A DNA stretch of 64,000 bases from a bacterium (GTDB lineage: Bacteria; Patescibacteriota; Minisyncoccia; Phycocordibacterales; JAGLPS01). The first letter of the stretch is position 1; each line of letters opens with the position of its first letter. The stretch covers positions 23,535 to 87,534 of the forward strand of contig JAUYHB010000020.1 in the NCBI GenBank assembly GCA_030690305.1, given 5' to 3'. Position numbers and translations under genes: made by a program. The notes beneath the pieces are model-generated. The model did not search any database. It was not told the DNA's origin and saw only the letters and a program-made list of their open reading frames with translations. This document shows positions 28,915-36,093 of the stretch, piece after piece.

Positions 28915-30018
28915 ATGAACATATTTTTTCGATTTTTTATCCTCTTTTTTATTGCTCTCGCTACAAATTTTTCATTTACCACACCTGCTTCCGACCAAAA
29001 ACAAGATTTTCTTTTACAAGAAACTGAAGAAAAAGTCCCCGAAACCATTAAAGAAAAAGAGTCGGTTTTAGACACGAAAACTCCCGAAAAACCTGAAATG
29101 CTCGTGGTCTCCAGTGGAAACTTGCCTGAGCAACCACAAGTGAGTATTGTGGCAACTCAACCTGAAAAAAGCACGATTGACTTTGAAACAATCAACACAA
29201 GGGCTCGAGAATCTTTGGTAAATGTTCTCTGTCTTGCGAAAGGAGGAGGTCTTCTGCCCATTACCGGCAGCGGAGTTTTTGTGTCCGAAAAGGGCGTCAT
29301 TCTCACAAATGCCCATATAGGGCAATATTTTCTGCTTGATAATTTTGTTGATTGCTTCATCAGAACCGGAAGTCCGGCAACGGCAAAATACAAAGCCTCT
29401 CTCCTGTATATCTCAAAAAGATGGGTAGTGGAAAACTCAAAGAGTATCGTCACGGACAATCCTAAGGGTACGGGAGAAAACGATTACGCCTTACTTTTGG
29501 TGACAGAAACAACCAATAATTCACAGTTACCGGGCGTATTCCCCCACCTTGAAATGGAGCTTACGAATGAGCCTCAGCAAAATGATGCGGTTCTCATTGC
29601 CGGATATGCCGCAGGCTTTTTGGGAGGATTAACAATTGAAAATGGTCTGTCGATTCTTTCAACCATAAATAATATTGCAAATATTTTTACTTTCAAGGAG
29701 ACCACGGTTGACCTGCTTTCCATAAGTGGAAGTATTGTTTCTCAAAAAGGGTCGTCAGGGGGAGCAGTGGTCAACGAGAAGGGAAAACTTGCCGGAATTG
29801 TTGCAACAGCAACCCAAGAATCGGAAACCGAGACAAGAGAGTTGCGAGCAATAACCACAGGCCACGTCAACCGAAGTTTCTCTGAAGAAGTTGGTGAATC
29901 AATTCCATTATTCTTCTCTCAAAATCTTCAGGAAAAAATGAAGTTTTTTAGAGACTTTGAATTCCCTTCCTTACAAAAAATTCTCTTGGATAAAATAGCG
30001 GAAAAAAACAAAAACTGA
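28915..30018 (+). CDS. Secreted trypsin-like (S1 family) serine peptidase
   Basis: Signal peptide (MNIFFRFFILFFIALA); TNAHI (His) and GSSGGAV (the GDSGG-like Ser motif). Confidence 0.65.
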   Translation: MNIFFRFFILFFIALATNFSFTTPASDQKQDFLLQETEEKVPETIKEKESVLDTKTPEKPEMLVVSSGNLPEQPQVSIVATQPEKSTIDFETINTRARESLVNVLCLAKGGGLLPITGSGVFVSEKGVILTNAHIGQYFLLDNFVDCFIRTGSPATAKYKASLLYISKRWVVENSKSIVTDNPKGTGENDYALLLVTETTNNSQLPGVFPHLEMELTNEPQQNDAVLIAGYAAGFLGGLTIENGLSILSTINNIANIFTFKETTVDLLSISGSIVSQKGSSGGAVVNEKGKLAGIVATATQESETETRELRAITTGHVNRSFSEEVGESIPLFFSQNLQEKMKFFRDFEFPSLQKILLDKIAEKNKN

Positions 30019-30223
30019 GGATAGGATCATGGATTTAGTCCACGATTAGGTCTTTATCTTGAAATTCGGGGAACCGGGATTTGAATCTTACAGATTCTGT
30101 ACACCTTTCGCATTTTGAAAACAAAATGCTCAAGGTCTTGCAGCGCGCTCCCAGCACGCTTCACCCGGAGTCGTTTCTCCTTCGGAGCCACGGATATTCC
30201 CCGAATATCCGATCAATTCTCTG

Positions 30224-30294
30224 TCGGGGTGCCGAGAATCGAACTCGGGTCTTACGCTCCCAAAGCGTGAATACTACCATTGTACTACACCCCG
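30224..30294 (-). tRNA. tRNA-Pro (anticodon TGG)
   Basis: Manual fold: acceptor CGGGGTG/CACCCCG, anticodon stem CACGC/GCGTA with loop TTTGGGA, T-arm CCGAG-TTCGATT-CTCGG. No encoded CCA. Confidence 0.8.
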
Positions 30295-30345
30295 ACACAA
30301 AATTGATCCCAAAGCGAGTATGTTACCGTTGCACTATTCCCCGTC
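30295..30345 (-). pseudogene. Truncated 5'-half copy of tRNA-Pro(TGG), directly 5' of the intact gene in tandem
   Basis: Minus-strand CGGGGAATAGTGCAACGGTAACATACTCGCTTTGGGA aligns with positions 1-38 of the adjacent tRNA-Pro, including an identical anticodon loop, then diverges. Confidence 0.5.
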
Positions 30346-30394
30346 GCAAGAAGTCTAGCACAGCAAAGGAATTGCCGAAAGTTGTCCTTTAAAA

Positions 30395-30802
30395 TCAAAG
30401 GATTAAATCTTCGAGTAAATCAATTTTTGCCTTTTTCCCCTCTCTGTCGAGATAAATTGAAACAGCCCCGAACGTCCATTCAACATCTTCCATTTTTCTT
30501 TCTATCAGGTAGAGGGATATGGTTTCAGAAAGTCTCTTTAATTTTAAAGGATGAATGTTGTCCTCCGGTCTGTAAGTGTCTTTTGTTTCATAAGAAACAT
30601 CATGTTCGATGTTTTCACATGAAACAGTTTTGACTTCAAAAAAATAAGTCTTTGAGTCCTTTTTGGCGATAATGTCTATTTCTCCTTGTTTCTTTCTAAA
30701 ATTTCTTTCGAAAACCAAATATCCCTTAGATTTTAAAAATCGACAGGCAATATCTTCTCCCAAACGACCAACTTCTAGATGTCTTTGTTTCATGTCAAAC
30801 AT
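30395..30802 (-). CDS. yraN: YraN-family (UPF0102) endonuclease-like protein
   Basis: GEDIACRFLKSKGYLVFERNFRKKQGEIDIIAKK...FFEVKT matches the UPF0102 signature. Confidence 0.7.
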   Translation of the reverse strand: MFDMKQRHLEVGRLGEDIACRFLKSKGYLVFERNFRKKQGEIDIIAKKDSKTYFFEVKTVSCENIEHDVSYETKDTYRPEDNIHPLKLKRLSETISLYLIERKMEDVEWTFGAVSIYLDREGKKAKIDLLEDLIL

Positions 30803-31051
30803 TTAAAAGTTTTCACGTGAAACCTTTTATCGTATTTTTGTTCTTTACAACGTCTTTTATAATTTAATGGCTTATATTAGGCCTTTTGTCTATTATTCAG
30901 AGACATCTCCCTTGTCTTTTATACACGGTATCAACAGAGTTATTAACATTTTTCAAATTTTCTGTTGATATTTTTGCTGAAAATAAGGATAAAAACATAA
31001 ACCTGTCTAAGAGACAAAAGACAGACAGCCTGGGCATAGGGTTGAAATATT

Positions 31052-31125
31052 TGGTGCGAGTAGGGGGAATCGAACCCCCACCATCTGATTGGCAACCAAA
31101 TGTTCTACCATTAAACTATACTCGC
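31052..31125 (-). tRNA. tRNA-Gly (anticodon GCC), CCA encoded
   Basis: Manual fold: acceptor GCGAGTA/TACTCGC, anticodon loop TTGCCAA, T-arm GGGGG-TTCGATT-CCCCC, and a genomically encoded 3' CCA. Confidence 0.85.
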
Positions 31126-31220
31126 AATAAGCGCAATTATAGCCCTATTCAAAAATATTTACAATTGACCTCATCCTGCCCACCACAAGGCGGTTTGCGG
31201 CTCATTAGAGGCACTACGTG

Positions 31221-31292
31221 CGCTCCTGGCAGGATTCGAACCCGCAATAGCGGTTCCGAAGACCGCTGTGATATCCATTTCACCACAGGAGC
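31221..31292 (-). tRNA. tRNA-Arg (anticodon TCG)
   Basis: Manual fold: acceptor GCTCCTG/CAGGAGC, D-arm GTGA/TCAC, anticodon stem GCGGT/ACCGC with loop CTTCGGA, T-arm GCGGG-TTCGAAT-CCTGC. Confidence 0.8.
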
Positions 31293-31350
31293 ATGAACAT
31301 ACATCATAACGCGGTTAGGAAAAAAACGAAATATATAATAAAATGGAACG

Positions 31351-32838
31351 ATGAAAAAGGCTGAAAATAAGGTCAATTCTAAAATACCGGACGAAGTTTC
31401 ACGAATAACAGAAGCTTTGGAAAAAGCTGGCTTTGAGGCTTACATTGTCGGTGGGTGTGTCAGAGATTTGCTTTTAGGCAGACGGCCAAAGGACTGGGAC
31501 ATAACCACAAACGCGAAGCCTGAAGAAATTATTTCTTTATTTGATGAAACATTCTATGAAAATGAGTACGGAACGGTGGGGGTGGTAAATAAAGGAATAG
31601 AAGACAAAACTCTTTCTATTGTTGAGGTTACCCCGTATAGACTTGAGGCGGAATATTCAGACAATCGCCGGCCTGATTCGGTTACTTTTAGTGAAAAAAT
31701 AGAAGACGACCTAAAAAGAAGAGATTTTACAATAAACGCCATTGCGTACAGTGTTTCGGGGAACACAGTAGTTGATCTGCACGACGGCAGAGGTGACTTG
31801 TCACAAAAAATATTGCGCACGGTTGGGAACCCCCTCGAACGCTTTGAAGAAGACGGACTAAGAATTTTGAGAGCCATTAGGCTTCACGCAGAACTTGGTT
31901 TCACGATAGAAAAAGAGACCTTGGAGGCAATAAAAAGAGCAGGGGGCTTACTTAAAAAAATTTCAAAGGAACGAATCAGGGACGAATTTGTCCGAATTAT
32001 AATGTCTGACAATCCTGTTAATTCCCTTGTTTTAAGCCGTGAATTGGGAATTTTGGAACACATCATACCTGAGCTTGAAAAAGGGGTAGGGATTGAACAA
32101 AATCAGGCCCACTCATATGACGTTTGGGAACACGGCCTCAAAACGCTTCAGCACGCAGTGAGTAAAAAATGGGGATTAAGCCTGCGGCTTTCTGCGATGT
32201 TCCACGACATTGGGAAACCACCGACAAGACAATGGTCCCCGGAAAAAAAGGATTGGACATTTTATGGCCATGACGTCGTGGGGGCCCGCATTACGGAAAA
32301 AACTCTTAAAGATTTGAAATTCCCTAAAGAGGTTATCGATAAAGTTGGTAAATTGGTCCGTTGGCATATGTTTTTTTCCGACACGGACCAGATAACCCTG
32401 TCGGCGGTGCGTAGGCTCGTTTCGCGCGTAGGACAAGAGAATGTGTGGGATTTGATGAATCTTCGGGTGTGCGACAGGATAGGCACAGGGAGACCGAAAG
32501 AGAGCCCCTACAGGCTCAGGAAGTACCAATCAATGATCGAGGAGGTTATGGCTGACCCTATTTCCGTCGGGATGTTAAAAATAGACGGGAATGTACTTAT
32601 AAAAAAATTAAAATTGAGTCCCGGACCCAAAATCGGCTATATTTTACATGCCCTCTTAGAGGAGGTGTTGGAAAATCCCCTTAACAATACAGAGGACTAT
32701 CTTGAGAAAAAATCAAGGGAATTAGCCGCATTATCTGATTCCGAGCTTAAAAAAATGGGAGAGAAGGGAAAAGTTGAAAAAGAAAACCTCCAGGAGGAAA
32801 AAATCAAAGAAATTCGAGATAAATATTGGGTTAAATAA
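31351..32838 (+). CDS. cca: CCA-adding enzyme / tRNA nucleotidyltransferase with C-terminal HD domain
   Basis: Pol-beta head motif GGCVRDLLLGRRPKDWDI, the RDFTINA motif and an HD domain (FHDIGKP). Confidence 0.8.
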   Translation: MKKAENKVNSKIPDEVSRITEALEKAGFEAYIVGGCVRDLLLGRRPKDWDITTNAKPEEIISLFDETFYENEYGTVGVVNKGIEDKTLSIVEVTPYRLEAEYSDNRRPDSVTFSEKIEDDLKRRDFTINAIAYSVSGNTVVDLHDGRGDLSQKILRTVGNPLERFEEDGLRILRAIRLHAELGFTIEKETLEAIKRAGGLLKKISKERIRDEFVRIIMSDNPVNSLVLSRELGILEHIIPELEKGVGIEQNQAHSYDVWEHGLKTLQHAVSKKWGLSLRLSAMFHDIGKPPTRQWSPEKKDWTFYGHDVVGARITEKTLKDLKFPKEVIDKVGKLVRWHMFFSDTDQITLSAVRRLVSRVGQENVWDLMNLRVCDRIGTGRPKESPYRLRKYQSMIEEVMADPISVGMLKIDGNVLIKKLKLSPGPKIGYILHALLEEVLENPLNNTEDYLEKKSRELAALSDSELKKMGEKGKVEKENLQEEKIKEIRDKYWVK

Positions 32839-33025
32839 GAGCCGTTCGTAATCCCTTTTTCAAAGCACGAATATTTTTCTGCTAAAAAATTCCTTGAGCT
32901 CATGCCGTCGCATTCGCTAGTCTCTGAAAAAGGGATTACTTACTCCAACCGGCAGAAAGACAAAAGGAGAATAATAAAAAGATATAGAGCAACGGCTTTT
33001 CCCGACAGTTCCTGTGGGGGTTTTT

Positions 33026-33062
33026 TATGTACAAAAACAACCGCCTCAACGTGGAGGCGGTT
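33026..33062 (-). terminator. Terminator-like hairpin downstream of xth (minus strand)
   Basis: aaccgcctc-aacgt-ggaggcggtt inverted repeat with a T-rich run following on the minus strand. Confidence 0.45.
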
Positions 33063-33321
33063 CTAAGAGCTATACAGTAAAATATATTGTCCTTTATCAT
33101 ACCCAAGGAGAAAAATTAAGAGAGGTTTTTGTTGCGAGTATGTATATGTGTGACAAAACTCTTACCATAAGAGTCTTAGTAAGTCGACTTAATTCCAAAG
33201 AACTAACGTCAGATTTTTTCTTTGTTCAAGATTTCCATCCAACGTCTAATTGAAAGTATATCAGTGGTAAAGGACAAGTAAAGATCTTGGGTGTTGATAA
33301 CTGTCTTTTATAGTTTGTCCT

Positions 33322-34098
33322 TTATTCTAGGCCTTTGAGGGTAAGAGAAATCGGACAATGATCGGAGCCCGTTACATCTTTCAAAATCTTTGTAGAAATA
33401 ACATTTTTTTCGGTATCCGGACTAATGAAAAAGTAGTCGATTCTCCACCCAACATTTCTTACTCTCGCAAAAGTTTTCATATCCCAGTATGTATACGCGT
33501 CTCGTGTTTCCGGATTTAATTTTCGGAAAATGTCTATGTATCCTTTGCTTATAACTTCGTCTATCCACGCCCTTTCTTCAGGAAGAAAGCCCGTATTTTT
33601 TTCGTTTTCTTTCGGCCGTGCAAGGTCTATTTCTTCATGGGCGGTATTTACATCACCGCAAAAAATAACTTTGAAGCCTTTGGCTCGAAGACGCTCAACA
33701 TAAGCAAGAAAGGCCTTGTAAAATTCAAGTTTAAACTTTATCCGATGAGGCCCTCCGCCTCCGTTAGGGAAGTAGGCATTTGAAATTGCGAAGTTTTTAA
33801 AAAGAGCGGTAACCATTCGTCCCTCTTGATCAAGTTCGGGAATTCCGAGACCGATTTCCACTTTTTCCGGCCTTTGTTTAGTGTAAAGAGCGACTCCGCT
33901 GTATCCTTTTTTTGTTTTTGCATGGTCAAAATACGCGGAAAAACCTTTCGGGTTCCGTACTTCTTCCGGTAATTGGTCGGGGTGCGCCTTTGTTTCTTGA
34001 AGACATAAGATATCGGGGCTCTCCTTTATAAGCCAGTCCCAACAACCTTTCTTGTGGCATGCCCTGATTCCATTTACGTTCCAAGAGATAATGTTCAT
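33322..34098 (-). CDS. xth: Exodeoxyribonuclease III (AP endonuclease)
   Basis: MNIISWNVNG start with ExoIII/EEP motifs (LCLQETK, GDVNTAHEEID, SDHCPI). Start at 34098, 14 bp after the integrase stop. Confidence 0.85.
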   Translation of the reverse strand: MNIISWNVNGIRACHKKGCWDWLIKESPDILCLQETKAHPDQLPEEVRNPKGFSAYFDHAKTKKGYSGVALYTKQRPEKVEIGLGIPELDQEGRMVTALFKNFAISNAYFPNGGGGPHRIKFKLEFYKAFLAYVERLRAKGFKVIFCGDVNTAHEEIDLARPKENEKNTGFLPEERAWIDEVISKGYIDIFRKLNPETRDAYTYWDMKTFARVRNVGWRIDYFFISPDTEKNVISTKILKDVTGSDHCPISLTLKGLE

Positions 34099-34111
34099 AG
34101 TTAATCTAAAA

Positions 34112-35041
34112 TTACTTTTGATTGCCCTTGTTATGGAATCGATGGTGCACATCACGAAGATGCTTATCCGTAACATGAGTATAGATTTGCGTTGTCCCAA
34201 TGTGCGCGTGGCCCAAAAGGGCTTGAACCGAGCGTAAATCTGCGCCGCTCTCAAGAAGATCAGTCGCAAAACTATGCCGGATGACATGCGGCGTTACTTT
34301 TTTGGTGATACCCGCCTTAATGGCATAGTATTTTACAATTCGTTCTACCGAACGTGAAGTAAGTCTTTTGGCATTAGTGTCGTGCCTGCTTACATGGATG
34401 AATAAGGCATCTTCCATGTCGGTTCGTTTTCCAAGGTACTGGCGTATTGCCTCCTTCGCACGCGGGGAAATAAAAACTACGCGCACTTTGTCTCCTTTTC
34501 CACGGATGGAAACTTCATCTTTCCTCAAATCAATATCTCGGGGAAGAGAGCAAAGTTCTGAAACACGAAGACCTGTGGAAAAAAGCAATTCAAGTATCGC
34601 CCTGTCCCGCAAATCCTTAACTGTTTTGGCATTTGGGGCTTCAATAAGGCGTTGCAGTTCATCCGCCGAAATGAGATCCAGGGAGCGTTCTCCCACTTTG
34701 GCAAGCTCTATACGATCCGGAGACAGAGACTGTATTTTCCGGCGCATAAGATACTTAAGGAAGGAACGAAGGGCAATAAGATAATAATTTTGGGTACGTT
34801 TTTTGAGCGTGTCGTAAGGGCCTCCGCTTTTCGTCTTTTTTCTGTTAAGAAAAAGGCGGTATTCCCTGATTAAATCGTCGGAAATATCTTCCGGTTGCTC
34901 GGTTCCGATAAAAATAAGAAAGGAGTCCAGGTAATGGGCGTAATTTTCAACTGTTTTGAGGCTTCTGCCTTTCTCGATTTCAAGATATTCGAGAAATTCT
35001 CGTTTGAGCTGGGTAAGCGTCATAACAACATTGTGCGACAT
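34112..35041 (-). CDS. xerC: Tyrosine recombinase, XerC/XerD family
   Basis: C-terminal catalytic motifs R...HSFATDLLESGADLRSVQALLGHAHIGTTQIYTHV (R-H-R-Y), with an N-terminal SAM-like domain. Confidence 0.8.
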   Translation of the reverse strand: MSHNVVMTLTQLKREFLEYLEIEKGRSLKTVENYAHYLDSFLIFIGTEQPEDISDDLIREYRLFLNRKKTKSGGPYDTLKKRTQNYYLIALRSFLKYLMRRKIQSLSPDRIELAKVGERSLDLISADELQRLIEAPNAKTVKDLRDRAILELLFSTGLRVSELCSLPRDIDLRKDEVSIRGKGDKVRVVFISPRAKEAIRQYLGKRTDMEDALFIHVSRHDTNAKRLTSRSVERIVKYYAIKAGITKKVTPHVIRHSFATDLLESGADLRSVQALLGHAHIGTTQIYTHVTDKHLRDVHHRFHNKGNQK

Positions 35042-35106
35042 TTGACAAAAGAGGGAAAGGAAAAAAGTCTTGCAAAAGAAGGACTTTCGTGCTATATTTC
35101 ACCCAC

Positions 35107-35373
35107 ATGCTTACGAAATTGAAGAAAAAAAGAGTTATAGAAGGCGTTAAAATACACGACACCGATACCGGCTCGGCGGAGGTTCAGATTGCACTTTTAA
35201 CGAGACGGATTGAAGAATTGACTGACCACCTCAAGAAAAACAAGAAAGACAAGCATTCAAGACGGGGTCTTCTCAAGATGGTGGCCACCAGACAGACACA
35301 TATGGGGTATCTCCATAAGAAAAACGTGAGACGCTACAACTCCCTCGCAAAAAAACTCAATATTAAAAAATAA
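35107..35373 (+). CDS. rpsO: 30S ribosomal protein S15
   Basis: GSAEVQIALLTRRIEELTDHLKKNKKDKHSRRGLLKMV is a typical S15 sequence. Confidence 0.9.
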   Translation: MLTKLKKKRVIEGVKIHDTDTGSAEVQIALLTRRIEELTDHLKKNKKDKHSRRGLLKMVATRQTHMGYLHKKNVRRYNSLAKKLNIKK

Positions 35374-35378
35374 TCGCC

Positions 35379-35406
35379 CCCGCCCTTAAGGCGGGTTCGG
35401 TTTTTA
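35379..35406 (+). terminator. Rho-independent terminator after rpsO
   Basis: cccgcc-cttaa-ggcggg hairpin followed by ttcggttttta. Confidence 0.6.
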
Positions 35407-35424
35407 CTTAAATTTTATTACGTT

Positions 35425-35946
35425 ATGACAGTTATCAAACATCCGGGACAAAGAGTGGGAGTTTTTATTGATTCACAGAATCTTTATCACAGTGCCAAGA
35501 ACCTTTATAAGAGGAGAGTCAACTTCGGACAAGTTGTCAAAGAGGGTCTCGCGGGTAGGGCGCTTATACGCGCTATTGCTTACGTTGTGAAAACCGAAAG
35601 CGGAGAAGAGCAAGCGTTTATTGACGCTCTGGAAAAGTCCGGCATAGAAACAAAAACAAAAGATCTTCAGATATTTTGGGGAGGAGCAAAAAAGGGCGAC
35701 TGGGATGTCGGTATCGCGGTGGACGCCATTAATCTTTCTCCCAAACTCGACGCGGTGATTCTCGTTTCCGGAGACGGTGACTTTGTTCCGCTTGTCGAAT
35801 ATCTAAAATACAATAAGGGATGCCAGGTGGAGGTTATCGCGTTCGGGAAATCGTCTTCGGCACGACTCATTGAAGCGGCAGACGATTTTATTGACCTGGA
35901 CGTCAATTCAAAAAAATATCTCATGCCGGGTTCCGACTACAGATAG
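35425..35946 (+). CDS. NYN/LabA-like (PIN-related) domain protein
   Basis: VGVFIDSQNLY ... VSGDGDF is characteristic of NYN/DUF88 RNase-like domains. It is inserted between rpsO and pnp. Confidence 0.65.
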   Translation: MTVIKHPGQRVGVFIDSQNLYHSAKNLYKRRVNFGQVVKEGLAGRALIRAIAYVVKTESGEEQAFIDALEKSGIETKTKDLQIFWGGAKKGDWDVGIAVDAINLSPKLDAVILVSGDGDFVPLVEYLKYNKGCQVEVIAFGKSSSARLIEAADDFIDLDVNSKKYLMPGSDYR

Positions 35947-36093
35947 TGGAGAGTGTGTGGGTGTGTGAGAAAGTCTTGAACAAAAAATAGGTTTTGTTAG
36001 ACTGGCATCATTACTAGGTTAATCGGTGGTCTTTGGATAGATAGATTTGAAAGACACTTTCAAGTCTGGAATCCAAGGATCACTCCACAATGT

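Noticed and set aside
30066-30203. Attempt to call a third canonical tRNA (or tmRNA fragment) from the CGGGGAA...TTCCCCGA element
   Set aside because: The acceptor-like ends pair, but no D-arm or T-arm could be folded (the segment before TTCAAAT does not pair with CCCGG), and 138 nt is too short for tmRNA. Kept as an unexplained structured element rather than a tRNA feature.
30081-30392. 103 aa ORF on the plus strand
   Set aside because: It overlaps tRNA-Pro and the tRNA-like flanking segments, and its translated sequence has no protein-like features.
30886-31296. 136 aa ORF on the plus strand
   Set aside because: It spans tRNA-Gly(GCC) and tRNA-Arg(TCG) on the opposite strand, so it is a reading-frame artefact.
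33014-33253. 79 aa ORF in the cca-xth intergenic region
   Set aside because: No RBS, odd composition, and it overlaps the xth terminator hairpin. Treated as non-coding.
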